Shown one piece after another: positions 18,742 to 29,600 of a DNA stretch of 64,000 nucleotides. Location: IMG/VR virus record IMGVR_UViG_3300014204_000165, positions 1-64,000 of that record; one strand, 5' to 3'. This stretch comes from a virus. Taxonomy: Duplodnaviria; Caudoviricetes. The position numbers and the translations under genes are program-made. Below the pieces are notes generated by a model. That model was not told the origin of the DNA and ran no database searches. It worked only from the letters and a program-made list of their open reading frames with translations. Numbering within the stretch: position 1 is the first letter of the stretch; each line of letters starts with the position of its first letter.

Positions 18742-19106
18742 AACTGATGCTTCCTAACGGTATGCTTACACCGTTTATTTCTTATAACTTGGTGAGACTT
18801 TACTTGTTCGGTGCCGTCTGGCAAGATCTCGACTTTCTCCTTGGTAATCTTTCTATTGGATAGTTCTATCTGCTTGTTATGGGCAATGCCATCTACTGGG
18901 ATAAGTTCGGTTTCAAAACGACCCCTATTCGTGACGGACTGCGTAGTTACAAGATTAGTTTCCTGAAGTTCTTTAAGGGCATTTATTGTCTGGGTACTCT
19001 CGGTATAAGTCAGTGCTTCTATTAGATTGTCCACAGTTACGATCCTGTTTTTATTCCTGCGCTGGATCTTGGCCAGTAGTTGTTGGGCGTTTTCGGATAA
19101 TGTCAT
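18738..19106 (-). CDS. putative winged-helix DNA-binding protein
   Basis: Helix-turn-helix-like core TVDNLIEAL...TINALKELQETNLV. Confidence 0.45.
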   Translation of the reverse strand: MTLSENAQQLLAKIQRRNKNRIVTVDNLIEALTYTESTQTINALKELQETNLVTTQSVTNRGRFETELIPVDGIAHNKQIELSNRKITKEKVEILPDGTEQVKSHQVIRNKRCKHTVRKHQL

Positions 19107-19261
19107 TTAATTCAATCCCGTCCACATACCTATCAATACTGCTACGATCCCTGTTAGTATGAACCACTTAGAATCTGGATCATTTTGAGTATATTTATTT
19201 ATTCCAATACATAAAACTAGACATCCTAATAATACAAATGCTATAACGTCAGGATAAAAAG

Positions 19262-19654
19262 TCATCTCGGCCACCACTTTGGTTCGCCATCATAAAGGTA
19301 TTGATAGACACCACCACGAGATATTTGGGTTATGATTTTACCAGTGGGTGTTATGAACTCGCGCTCATATCCATCTTCTCGTTCGTAAGGTGAATTATCA
19401 TTTGGATCTAAATTCCAGCAAGGACAATGACCATGATAATCTTGCCAACATGTAGTATCTATATCACATGTTCCTATTGGACGTTCCTCTGACTTACCTT
19501 GGAAATGCCAATTTCGACAAGTTTCACACCGCTCTTGCCAGATAAAATGATGTATTCTCCAGGAAATGTGGTCATACCAAAAGTCAGGTAACACTATATA
19601 TCGCCAATTTTCGTAAAGAATTTGGACATGCTTGTACAGGTTATTAACTATTTT
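19262..19654 (-). CDS. Cys/Trp-rich hypothetical protein
   Basis: CETCRNW...C...C..W; probable start at MKIVN. Confidence 0.5.
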   Translation of the reverse strand, partial: KIVNNLYKHVQILYENWRYIVLPDFWYDHISWRIHHFIWQERCETCRNWHFQGKSEERPIGTCDIDTTCWQDYHGHCPCWNLDPNDNSPYEREDGYEREFITPTGKIITQISRGGVYQYLYDGEPKWWPR

Positions 19655-20041
19655 CATCTTATCACCTCGATCCAAAGTGATTTCACAAGGTTAGTGTTGC
19701 CTTTATTAATGAGATCTGTACATTCTTGTAGTGAAGACATAAAGTTGGATCGTGCTACTTTATTTTCGAAGAGCATGGCTATGCGATATTTTAGAGTCAT
19801 AAAAAGTAGTTAAATTGCTAAGTATAAAAAGGTTTTGGATAAAAAAGTTAATCGCTATTATATTGTATCGTTAGCAATATTGCTAATATGCCATTAAAAA
19901 TAATAGTATTTGTATCTTGTATAAAATAATAATTATATGCACAAGTAAGTAATGTCAATATCGATACGATTCCAACTATAGTTTTCCAAGTGTTATTCGT
20001 CATAATATCTCCTTATACTTGATTATATAAATACTTATTGG

Positions 20042-21409
20042 TTAAAGTCTCTTCAGTCTTGTATTACAAAGACATGTATGTCTCTCGCCTCCGAAATCCC
20101 GAATCCCATGCTGATACCAAGGAATGCATTGCTTAAGGATTTTACCATATGGGACTTCGTGTAGGGGATCAATACGATTTAACTTGCAAAACCTCTTATA
20201 TTCTGCATAAATAACGGATTTTGCAACACACTCATCTGCAACTTCTTCTAAGCATTGTTCCACAAAGGACATGATGGGATCTGATTGGCGCTTATATTCA
20301 TCTTTGGCTTCTGCGACCTCAAAGCTATTGTCGAATTGGCCGTTTTCCAGCAAGGGATCTAAATAAGGCAGGACCATATTAAGGAGTCCACTTAATTCGT
20401 AAGGGTCCAAGATTTGCTTGAGATCATCTGAACTTTCGGCTCGTTCTTGTTCAGAAAATACATGATCAAATGGCAATATTTCAATGCGTCTGTAAAATCC
20501 AGACGTATCATCCTTGACTCTGGGCAAGCGATTCGCAGCAAATATTATTTTGGCAAAGTTAATAAAATCAAAAGCCTGCTCACCTTTCTTTTGGGCCCTA
20601 ATTACGTCCTTATTACTCGTAATCATCTTAAGGATGTTGACATTGGGCAAGGTTTGTTGGGAAAGGTCGCCATTTTCATTCAAGAGTTTGTTCCTTAGGT
20701 CACTTGTCGCGAATCTGTCTTCTTCTAGGTCATGCATACTGGTTGAACATACATTTTCTGAACCAAGCATCGCCCTAATAATATCAATGAAGTGGGACTT
20801 ACCTGTACCACCTGGTCCCAATAAGATAAATGCCTTCTGGATGGGGTAATTTCTATATAGACAATATGCTATAAATTCCATAGCCTTTCGGAAGTCTTCC
20901 TTGCGTAAGATTTTCTCAAAGACTCTCAGAATAGTTGGACAAGTTGCCTTAGGATCATAAACAACATCTAACTGGATGCGGGAAAAGTCGGTACCATCTG
21001 GTGAGTGTGGTCGGAATTCTCCAGTGCGCCAATTCAAAATGCCATTTTTACAGTTTATGAGGTCAAGGTTAGCGTCAAATTTACTAGATTCCTGATAAGT
21101 TAGGCCCTTAATGATACCAAGGACTTCCTTGAGGAGGGTTGAGTTGTAAATTGTTTGACCAGTTGTTTTATGATAACCTGACAAGATTGTGACCAGGATC
21201 TTTTGCACGAGTTCCTTACCATTTGGATGATATCGGCCAGCAGCATATATGACCATTTCGTTAGATTCGATTAATGTAGCTATGGGAGCATGTCTTATGA
21301 TCATGTGGGCAAGTTTAGCATGATTGACAGCTACAATTTCATCCCGCATTTTGGGATGGTATTCAAAGCAGGATTGGACTTCTTCATTTCCGAAATCTTG
21401 AAAAGACAT
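20042..21409 (-). CDS. D5/P4-family SF3 replicative helicase (D5_N + AAA), without a primase domain
   Basis: LINCKNGILNWRTGEFRPHSP (D5_N); Walker A LLGPGGTGKS; ENGD; motif C FAANRLP; FYRRIEILPF. Confidence 0.9.
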   Translation of the reverse strand: MSFQDFGNEEVQSCFEYHPKMRDEIVAVNHAKLAHMIIRHAPIATLIESNEMVIYAAGRYHPNGKELVQKILVTILSGYHKTTGQTIYNSTLLKEVLGIIKGLTYQESSKFDANLDLINCKNGILNWRTGEFRPHSPDGTDFSRIQLDVVYDPKATCPTILRVFEKILRKEDFRKAMEFIAYCLYRNYPIQKAFILLGPGGTGKSHFIDIIRAMLGSENVCSTSMHDLEEDRFATSDLRNKLLNENGDLSQQTLPNVNILKMITSNKDVIRAQKKGEQAFDFINFAKIIFAANRLPRVKDDTSGFYRRIEILPFDHVFSEQERAESSDDLKQILDPYELSGLLNMVLPYLDPLLENGQFDNSFEVAEAKDEYKRQSDPIMSFVEQCLEEVADECVAKSVIYAEYKRFCKLNRIDPLHEVPYGKILKQCIPWYQHGIRDFGGERHTCLCNTRLKRL

Positions 21410-21441
21410 TATTAAAACTCCTATATGATTTTAAAAAAATA

Positions 21442-21627
21442 TTATAATATAAATTCACATTTTTCAGTACAATACACACAACAATCTTTACATATACCAT
21501 ATCTTATATATTTAGCGCATAAAAAAGGTGACAACTCAATTGGATGTGGTTCACGTTGGGTTATTTTAATTACAACGCAACCATCACATTGTTTTGGAAT
21601 TAGTGACTTCATGCATCCAGCCACCAC
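21442..21627 (-). CDS. small Cys-rich protein
   Basis: CDGC...C...CKDCCVYCTEKC. Confidence 0.45.
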   Translation of the reverse strand: MVAGCMKSLIPKQCDGCVVIKITQREPHPIELSPFLCAKYIRYGICKDCCVYCTEKCEFIL

Positions 21628-21646
21628 TTGGTCACTGGATCCATTT

Positions 21647-21895
21647 TCATTGTTCTTCCTCTTGCATGGCTAGTTTTTCCAATGCATTATACATTCGCTT
21701 GTATAAAAGACGGGCCTGAAACTTCATAGCATCTTCTTGATCGGCTACAATAGAGATGTCGAAGCCATGCTCATTTAAGACGGTCCTTAATTCTTGGAAC
21801 ATCTCGTTGATTGTTTCTTGGCTGCGCTCGTCTGCGGATTGGTCGTCAACAATCAATGTAAAGCCAGATCCTCGAATTTGGTCACTTGTTAGCAA
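21647..21895 (-). CDS. hypothetical protein
   Basis: SD AGGAG; acidic. Confidence 0.55.
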   Translation of the reverse strand: MLTSDQIRGSGFTLIVDDQSADERSQETINEMFQELRTVLNEHGFDISIVADQEDAMKFQARLLYKRMYNALEKLAMQEEEQ

Positions 21896-21910
21896 TTAAT
21901 TTATCTCCTG

Positions 21911-22870
21911 CTATCTACAAATAGAAATCACAAAATATGGAAAGTACCAACCACCTTGAAACGTCGGATAATTAGTGTCATCATCTTTTCGCAAGCAGAT
22001 TCCATTTTCATTTATTTTTATAATTCTTGCCTGTTGATTAATATATTCGTCCATGTGCGGCGAGGCCCAAGGAGCTTGCCAACCAGCTTCGAAGTTTTTT
22101 GCTCGGCATAATACAGTTACGGTATCTCCGATATGGCCCTTGAAACTTTTCTGAGCGTTTGCATACCTTTCGGTATCATTAAGGGGCAATTTAATCACCG
22201 TCTTAACATTATTCTAAATCCGAACCTACATTTGTGTAGGGCTACGGGCATTTTCTTACCAACTAAAGGCTGTCCACATTTTGTACAATTTTGGGGAGGT
22301 CCTTGTCCCAATTCAGTATATCTTCGGCCACACGAGCAAATTATCATTAAGTCACCTCATAATTTGTAATACGAAATACGGATAATAAAAATAATCCTTG
22401 ATTACGGGTACTTCTACTTTTATACCGCCTGTTTTACTCGATCCTAAAATAATTCCTGTATGACCAACTGTTCTTGTTATTGTTCCTGTCCATATGTTTT
22501 GCCAGCCTGCTTCACCATCATGTGCTTCACATAATATTTTGACATGGTCTCCCAATTCTGCTTTGAATTTTTCTTGAAATCGGATATATCGCTCTTGCTC
22601 GGTTTCTTCTGGCATTTATCTCACCAAGGACAAACAACTATACGGATATCGATACCATCCTCTTGGATGTCTGCAAGGAACACCTGGTACTTGAACAGCA
22701 ATTCCTTGTGTCTTGCTGATATTAACTATCACACCAGTATGGCCAATAAATCTGTCCATGCCTTCAGTCCATTCGTTGCACCATGGATCGTTATCACTTG
22801 CCTTACATAGGATTTTAACCCAGTCACCGATTTTGGCTTGGAACTTTTCTTGATCTTCTGAGTAGGACAT
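21911..22870 (-). CDS. three tandem paralogous SH3/KOW-like small proteins (21911-22198, 22352-22615, 22616-22870)
   Basis: Shared FKxxIGDxVxILC-x-A...W...MD..IG..G.I...YxPYxxL. Confidence 0.7.
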
Positions 22871-22929
22871 TCTTTCACCTCGTTCTAACTTAGCACTTGG
22901 TATATAAAAAGGTTTTGGACAAAGAAGAG

Positions 22930-24810
22930 TTAAGAAAATACTCTCCTTGGGAATTCATATTCGCGACGGGTTTTACTCCAAGAGTCCGTGGGTACAAAAT
23001 AGCCGACTATACGTGTGACATGTGTTAGTATTTTCTTTCCGCAAAGCGGACAGGTTTCTGAGGTACCACACACGGTAACGTGACCATCTTCGCATTGCCC
23101 AAAAGAATAGTTGATGCTAAGGTGGCTAATTTTCTTTTCCACTGAATATTTTATAAGATGTTTCATAATATTAGAATCTGTTATTTTATCCTTTAGATTA
23201 AGATGTAGAATACCTCCACCGCTTATTAGATCTTGAAATTGCCCTGTTAATTCTATTCTTTCTGGCAGAGATGCATCTAAAATCAAAGGAATGTATTGAT
23301 TGGAGTATAGTTCAAAGGGTATTTTATCATTACCATAAAGCACTTTATCTTTTTGAACAAACTTGGATGCTACACTTTCTCCCGGAATTTCTTCCGTATT
23401 CATTGGATAACCTAACTGCCTACTCGTTTCTTTTGCAAAGTTTTCAATAAACATTAACATTTCTTTTGTAAAAGTGATACCTTCTACAGATTTAATATCC
23501 AAGTTCATAAATATATTTGTTTCAAATACACCAATGATACCAAATGTACTAAAGTATCGTTTAATGTTAAGCCAATTAAGTGGAGAAAAGAACTTCAGGA
23601 ATCCTGCATTTATTCTTTTCTGAATTATATCCTCGCGGTGTACTTGCAACAAATCACGAGCATTTTCTAATTGTCTTTGAAGTTCTATAAAGAATTTTTC
23701 TTTATTTCCATTCGATTTTAGTGCAATTCTCGGTAAATTTAGTGTAACGACGCGAACACTACCAATTGATCCAATTGATCCATTTCCAAATGAATCAATA
23801 CGTGGCATATCATCTAAATTATTTAATAATCGACAACAACTACTAATTTTATTACCACTATTTATATATAAATTGAAACATCCTGAATTGCAATTAACGT
23901 TTGATACAAAATTAAGAAAATCATCATCTATTATTTTTCTATCTTTGTCAATACACAAATTAAGCGTCGCAACTGGAAAGCGATAAGGTAGACCACTTTC
24001 GGGGTCTCCTCGCGAAAACCAAGTACAGAAGACCTTCTGGAGATACATTATGTATTCAAAGTCTGGTTTTGATCCATCTGGAAATATATAAGATGAAAAC
24101 AATTTCTCTAAATTTGGTCTATCAAATATTGATATGTTAGAAAAGGGTGATTGTGATGCGATGCGGAATTTATTATTCACAATATGGACAAGTCGCTGAT
24201 AGTCGTCGCGAATATCATTTTCACTTCGATTCTCTTTCTTGGCATAATACGAATAATTTACGAAAAGATCACCAATTGCTACCGCACCCGAAAATTCTTG
24301 GCTTGCATCCATAATTAGTTCCGTTACCATCCCGATGAAAGAAGCCGCTCGCTTTGGAGGTAGACTTTTTAACTGTCCATACGGTCGTCCACTATTCATC
24401 AATTCTGTTGTGCTCATGCTAGTACAATATGGAACTTGAATACCAAATGAGGAACTATCATGAAAATAAATATTGCCTTTTATAATTGCTGATAATAGTG
24501 TATTTGCGTGTTCCAATCCAAATCTACGTTCTGCATACCGATGAAGTAGATACATGCCCTCTAATTTTTGTACCCCTTTAACAATTTCTGCCCCGTACGC
24601 ATTCGGATTTTTACTCTCACCAGAGTTTGCATTTGCATCTATTGTTACATCTACAAAGTTTTCTGTAAAGTATGAATGCGACATTTGCCCCACATCCAAA
24701 CATCGACGCGATATTCCCTCCAAATCGAGCAATCTTCTCCCATTTTCTGTTTGATTAAAAGAATTGTACCAATTGTCAAAATTTTCACTGAATGTTGTCT
24801 CTAGTCTCAT
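22930..24810 (-). CDS. nrdD: anaerobic (class III) ribonucleoside-triphosphate reductase, no ATP cone
   Basis: IYFHD, SCCRL finger loop, TEEIPGES, C-terminal Zn site and glycyl-radical loop TRIVGYF; start at MRLETTF (ATG 24810, SD AGAGGA). Confidence 0.95.
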   Translation of the reverse strand: MRLETTFSENFDNWYNSFNQTENGRRLLDLEGISRRCLDVGQMSHSYFTENFVDVTIDANANSGESKNPNAYGAEIVKGVQKLEGMYLLHRYAERRFGLEHANTLLSAIIKGNIYFHDSSSFGIQVPYCTSMSTTELMNSGRPYGQLKSLPPKRAASFIGMVTELIMDASQEFSGAVAIGDLFVNYSYYAKKENRSENDIRDDYQRLVHIVNNKFRIASQSPFSNISIFDRPNLEKLFSSYIFPDGSKPDFEYIMYLQKVFCTWFSRGDPESGLPYRFPVATLNLCIDKDRKIIDDDFLNFVSNVNCNSGCFNLYINSGNKISSCCRLLNNLDDMPRIDSFGNGSIGSIGSVRVVTLNLPRIALKSNGNKEKFFIELQRQLENARDLLQVHREDIIQKRINAGFLKFFSPLNWLNIKRYFSTFGIIGVFETNIFMNLDIKSVEGITFTKEMLMFIENFAKETSRQLGYPMNTEEIPGESVASKFVQKDKVLYGNDKIPFELYSNQYIPLILDASLPERIELTGQFQDLISGGGILHLNLKDKITDSNIMKHLIKYSVEKKISHLSINYSFGQCEDGHVTVCGTSETCPLCGKKILTHVTRIVGYFVPTDSWSKTRREYEFPRRVFS

Positions 24811-25798
24811 GTTTATTCCTCTGTTTAAGTATATTATATTCTTCCTTTGTAAAATAAGATCGACCATTATATATCTCATCAATTATCCTATGGATAATAG
24901 TTTCCCACTCTTCTCGATTATAATTAGTTTTATTATGACAGGTCATACATAACGCCGCAAAATAGACTGGTAATCCATCGCAACAAGCGGATTTATTATA
25001 GTGAACATGATGACATGATAATTGTCTACCATTTTCTTCAGTTGTTTTATTACAAATAAGACATTCATAATTGAAGAAAGCTCTTATTCTCCGTCTCAAA
25101 TCTGGATTCCATTTTGGACAATACGGTTCAAAAGAAATACCACCTTTCCAAGCAGGAGATTTGTCTCCAAAATTTTTTGATGCCATTTCAGACATCATAT
25201 CTCGTTTTAGACAACCACAACTCCTAGTCGAACCGTCTATAAGAGCAGATCCAATTACACTTGTTTCTTGACCACACTCACAAATACATTTCCATTTGAC
25301 ATTACCACTTTTAGCAGTATTTTCATCTTTTTCCAAAACAAGTAATCTTGAGAATTTTATACCAATTAAATTTTTGGTATTACATTCTCTTGCTCTTTCC
25401 GTAGCATAACATCCACAACTTTTGGTTGATCCGCGTATTAACGAACTTCCAGTGACATTAACTATATTACCACAAGAACATTTACATTTCCAAAGAATAC
25501 TTCCCCATTTATTTATTCCGTATCTTTCTAATACTGTAAGTCGTCCGAACGTATTACCTAATAAATTTTTACTAGTAGCCTTGCTAGTCATTTCTTTTTG
25601 TAGACATCCACAACTTTGTTTATGACCACTAGTTAAGTACCATCCAACTGTAACTATTTCTTTACCGCAGTCGCATAAACATACCCAAGAAGATTGTTCA
25701 TTATTGTTTTCTGAATCACGAATTGCTGTTAGTCTACCAAATTTCTTTCCGACTAGATTTAATCTATTATGAGCAATATTTCCTTTCTTAAAAACCAT
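24785..25798 (-). CDS. free-standing HNH homing endonuclease between nrdG and nrdD
   Basis: Three GRLT...WxCxCxCG...SCGC repeats; C-terminal HNH closely similar to 10023-10856. Confidence 0.88.
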   Translation of the reverse strand: MVFKKGNIAHNRLNLVGKKFGRLTAIRDSENNNEQSSWVCLCDCGKEIVTVGWYLTSGHKQSCGCLQKEMTSKATSKNLLGNTFGRLTVLERYGINKWGSILWKCKCSCGNIVNVTGSSLIRGSTKSCGCYATERARECNTKNLIGIKFSRLLVLEKDENTAKSGNVKWKCICECGQETSVIGSALIDGSTRSCGCLKRDMMSEMASKNFGDKSPAWKGGISFEPYCPKWNPDLRRRIRAFFNYECLICNKTTEENGRQLSCHHVHYNKSACCDGLPVYFAALCMTCHNKTNYNREEWETIIHRIIDEIYNGRSYFTKEEYNILKQRNKHETRDNIQ

Positions 25799-25802
25799 TA
25801 CA

Positions 25803-26282
25803 CTACTTCCTAAAATCCCTATTAGTTAAAATACATTTCTCAAAGATTCTCTGGTTCGCTGAAGCAGGGAATGACCCAGTAGCTTGCTCCTCGATATAAG
25901 GACCGTCCACCACAATATCAACATTGCTTTTAATACCTTCAGGAAGGTCTTCAAATAGAAGTCCTGTATAGAGAATCTTAGGTAAAGTAATGTTAGTAAG
26001 TAAGGTATATAAAGGTTTTGGCTGGAGAGTGGGTTCTCCTCCCAAAAAGCAGATGGAATTATAAAAATTGTTGAATTTATTTAAGTGATCTAAAACAAGG
26101 TCAGTTTCATAATCGAAGCCTCCGTCTAATGGCTGAAGATTCGGATTTTGGCAATGAGCACAATTTATTTGGCATCCTTGAAACCAGATTTCCAGTGACA
26201 TTCCTTGTCCATTTAGGGTTCCAGAAGAAATACCAGCACATCGAAATAAAATAATGATCACCTTATAAAAATATTTGAACAA
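25803..26282 (-). CDS. nrdG: anaerobic RNR activase (radical SAM)
   Basis: FQGCQINCAHCQNP (CxxxCxxC), FLGGEPTLQ, DIVVDGPY, SANQRI. Confidence 0.92.
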   Translation of the reverse strand: MFKYFYKVIIILFRCAGISSGTLNGQGMSLEIWFQGCQINCAHCQNPNLQPLDGGFDYETDLVLDHLNKFNNFYNSICFLGGEPTLQPKPLYTLLTNITLPKILYTGLLFEDLPEGIKSNVDIVVDGPYIEEQATGSFPASANQRIFEKCILTNRDFRK

Positions 26283-26290
26283 AAAATTCT

Positions 26291-26782
26291 TTAGATTCCT
26301 TCATTCATATATTGTCCACTATATCCTTTTTCTACTTCACCGTCCAAAGGCATAAAGACAATTTGAGCAAGTCGGGCATTTGGATGTATAGTTGCACCGT
26401 TTTTATTATAAATAATCAGCACGCATTTTGGCTTTCCTGAGTAACCTGCGTCAAATACGGCGGTTTGCATAGAGGCGCCTATCCGGAGCAAGGTTGATCT
26501 TGGCCAAGCAAAACCTACCAAGTCCTTCGGGATGGTTAAAGTCTCGTTAAATGAGACTAGGTAAGCCCCAGCGGGTAGTTTCCAAACATCTCCTAATTTA
26601 CCAGCATCTTGCATACGGGGAAGTACTCTCTTAGAATTATCAAAATCTACAGAACCTTCTCCGGAATAGGTTTCTATTTTTGAAACGGTTAAGTCTACTC
26701 CACAAGGTTGGACTTGTTTTTCTGCGTTTATCATATCTGAAATGATATGACGATCTTGAATTTGTTTACCGATAAGTGTCAT
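26291..26782 (-). CDS. trimeric dUTPase / dCTP deaminase
   Basis: QPCGVDL, PRSTLLR, DAGYSG, RLAQIVF, YSGQY. Confidence 0.9.
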   Translation of the reverse strand: MTLIGKQIQDRHIISDMINAEKQVQPCGVDLTVSKIETYSGEGSVDFDNSKRVLPRMQDAGKLGDVWKLPAGAYLVSFNETLTIPKDLVGFAWPRSTLLRIGASMQTAVFDAGYSGKPKCVLIIYNKNGATIHPNARLAQIVFMPLDGEVEKGYSGQYMNEGI

Positions 26783-27049
26783 TTATTTTCTTCCTATAAA
26801 TCTATCGCAAGTATGTTTCATTCCATCTATATAATCCTGATTTTCGTGATCAATAAATCTTTGCTTCATATCTTCATGTTGGTCTTTACTAGTGAAGATT
26901 TCATTAGGTGATATATTTATATCTCGAATAATATTTAGTAAATCCTTAGTGGTGCTTGCGACATACTTTTTGCTCACATAAGTTCTGATAGTAATTCCTG
27001 GACGAAGAAGAGGAGAACCAACCTCAATTTCATATGTTTCATTTGGCAA
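26783..27049 (-). CDS. hypothetical protein
   Basis: Packed ORF. Confidence 0.5.
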   Translation of the reverse strand: MPNETYEIEVGSPLLRPGITIRTYVSKKYVASTTKDLLNIIRDINISPNEIFTSKDQHEDMKQRFIDHENQDYIDGMKHTCDRFIGRK

Positions 27050-27367
27050 CTAAACCATCACCCTGAGATCTATCAAAAATGCTAAACCTGTCAAGAAAAG
27101 GATATTCATAAAACCACTTTCCCAAAAATTTCCATTAGGTTTGTAGTTTCTTAGTCCGACTAATATACCTATCATACATAATATATTTAATATATAATAT
27201 ATACACCATTCCATTTAAATCGTCTCCCAAAGATTATCGTTGAGTGAATGCACAATACCTATCAATTCTTGCGCAGAATATTTATCAATAATTGCTTTGA
27301 TTACGATACCGTCTCTTATTACAGGATGCCTTATTTCTATTTCGTATATATTTTGTTCAGTATTCAT

Positions 27368-27784
27368 TTAAATCATCAACTTGTGTATTTTATCATGTAG
27401 TTTCTTTGCTTTGTCATTCACCGCATCTATTAGGCTGATTGGTAGTGCACCAAATATTTTATCAAGGACGTCATCACGCTGACCTTGCCAATCTTTTGGA
27501 TCTGTAAGGGACGGCCAGCCAAAGACAGACCATGTTGCTCGATATTCAACCTTTCTGAAGCCGTGTTCCGAGAGGAGTTTTTCAATAACTTGATCATGAA
27601 TGTGTTGATAAGACGGACCACTTTCTACAAAATATTCATCTGTTTGGATTACGTCGGCCAGAACTGCTTTAATTGCCTGCACCACGATTTCATGGAGTTG
27701 ATCGTTGCTGTATTCATTTTCGTGCTGGAGTTCTACGAATTCGCTTTCCTCATAGGACCCATAACCAATTTTGTAAGTAAACAT
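27368..27784 (-). CDS. hypothetical protein
   Basis: 138 aa, SD GGCGAGG. Confidence 0.55.
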   Translation of the reverse strand: MFTYKIGYGSYEESEFVELQHENEYSNDQLHEIVVQAIKAVLADVIQTDEYFVESGPSYQHIHDQVIEKLLSEHGFRKVEYRATWSVFGWPSLTDPKDWQGQRDDVLDKIFGALPISLIDAVNDKAKKLHDKIHKLMI

Positions 27785-27971
27785 TTAATAAGCCTCGCCG
27801 TGTAGTATAACGGTTCTGATAATTACATCTAATAATGCTCCTATAAGTGTTACTCCGCCTGCCAATGCTAACAATGCAAATGGCGGATATATCCCGGAAT
27901 TATGTATACTAGGAACTAAATAAAATCCAGCAATAAAAAGAATACCATAACATAATAATCGTATAATCATT

Positions 27972-28586
27972 TTACCACTTCTCCAAGATTTGTTTTGCTT
28001 TTTTTGGTAAATTTATAATGGCTTCCAATGGCGAAGCATATTGTTCTTGTAACTTTTTGACACCACTTGCACCTAAATAGGGTAGTTCTACAAGCCATTC
28101 TGCTGGTGAGCCTGCCTTGATGCTGGGTGTAGGTTCATCCAGCCTTGGTAAATAATTGTGAATGTGTACCAATCGCCAAATTGTCTCTTCTAAACACATG
28201 GTAAAGTAAAATTTTGTACCTAATTCTTGCTGATGGGTGAGAAAATTTGACATTGTCTTATAGTTCATGCGAGGTGTTAGTTTATCGCCAGAGTAAATCC
28301 AAACAGAACCTTGACTCACTTGATAAGGACCTTCTATAAGGAGGGCTGTCTTTTCACAAACCTTGCGCATTTTTGCTAAACGTGGCTTAAGTTCACGATA
28401 GGATCCACAAAAATCTCCTATGGCCTTGCGCTCTATTAAAATATTATTAATATTATTTAATTTATAATCTCCCAACGGGAGACAACGGAACTCCCACTGG
28501 GGAATATCTGGGCCGACTATAGATGTTGCCAGAAGATCCTTAATGGCATCAATATGTTTTTCTCTGCTATCACAAATAATAGACAA
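27972..28586 (-). CDS. ERCC4/XPF-domain structure-specific nuclease
   Basis: IICDSRE, LPLGDY, ILIERKAIGDFCGS, LLIEG, C-terminal HhH-like PYLGASG. Confidence 0.85.
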   Translation of the reverse strand: MSIICDSREKHIDAIKDLLATSIVGPDIPQWEFRCLPLGDYKLNNINNILIERKAIGDFCGSYRELKPRLAKMRKVCEKTALLIEGPYQVSQGSVWIYSGDKLTPRMNYKTMSNFLTHQQELGTKFYFTMCLEETIWRLVHIHNYLPRLDEPTPSIKAGSPAEWLVELPYLGASGVKKLQEQYASPLEAIINLPKKAKQILEKW

Positions 28587-28611
28587 ATTTTCCTCACCTC
28601 AAAAAAGTTAG

Positions 28612-29418
28612 TTACCAAAGTGGTCTTGGTACCTTAGCAGCAGCCAACACACTAATCGGATCAGGATCCACGACCTCGGTTTGATAATCAGGATTCATTG
28701 GAGCAAAGTCATGGCCGGTTGAGTGTATCCTGGCAACCTGGTGTAGTTTACCGTCGCGAACTTCATGAATGAGTTCTACCGAAATGTCGCTATTGAAATC
28801 AGCCGAGGTTGGGTAAACTAAAGGAACTTTCAAATTAGTATCAAAATCTTTGGCAGTCCTATGAATCAAGAGGACGTTAGCAAAGTTTTGAATAGCAGTA
28901 ATCTGGCTAGACATTGCTTGTGTTATGAGTCCGAATTCTTGTTGAGATGGCCACTTCCTTTTATTTTTTGTAATGTAATTCAGGATTTCCATGGCGCGCC
29001 ATCTATAGGTATCGTCCAAGACGACCCAAACTTTACCAGCATTTGGAATAAGGGCAACATCCTCGGCGTAGTACTTAGCCTTTTCTAGAGCAACCTGAAA
29101 CTCTTCCCAAGATTTTGGGAAATGATATTGGTTCTTATAATCAAAGTTGTCTATTTTTGGCTTCCAGGCAAGAACACCGTCTGGTTTTTTGAAGGGTGCA
29201 AATATACTTCGGAAACCTTCTCCCACTGTTCTTTTTAAAGCCAACTGATCAATCTCAACTTTACCAAAGGATAGTTTAGCAGGTGGGAAGTCAATAATGA
29301 CGGCGTTTGGCATGTTTGCCCCGAACCAAGTTTTACCAATCTTAGTGTCAGCATAAAGACTAACCAAAAGAGGATAAATGACCTCCCCTTCTGGTATTTC
29401 GACTAGTTCACTGGTCAT
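28612..29418 (-). CDS. AAA_24/Sak4-like ATPase (recombination)
   Basis: Degenerate Walker A LYADTKIGKT, VVLDDT Walker B, VLLIHR. Confidence 0.65.
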   Translation of the reverse strand: MTSELVEIPEGEVIYPLLVSLYADTKIGKTWFGANMPNAVIIDFPPAKLSFGKVEIDQLALKRTVGEGFRSIFAPFKKPDGVLAWKPKIDNFDYKNQYHFPKSWEEFQVALEKAKYYAEDVALIPNAGKVWVVLDDTYRWRAMEILNYITKNKRKWPSQQEFGLITQAMSSQITAIQNFANVLLIHRTAKDFDTNLKVPLVYPTSADFNSDISVELIHEVRDGKLHQVARIHSTGHDFAPMNPDYQTEVVDPDPISVLAAAKVPRPLW

Positions 29419-29600
29419 GCTTTACCCTCAGGTCATTGTCAAGTTTCTTTGCTTTAACTTCACACTGGATTACTCTATTTATTGCATCGTGTATTGATTC
29501 TCCCTCTCTACAAATAAATGTCCGGATATCACTATCTTGCGCTTCATTGAACTCTAGAACAACTCTGGACAGAAGTAACCCTCCTAAAAGTGAAGCTGTT

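Noticed and set aside
22930-24882. Intein or intron in nrdD
   Set aside because: Length and motif order are normal, with no C/S...HN splice motifs; the HNH gene lies outside the coding region apart from a 26-nt overlap.
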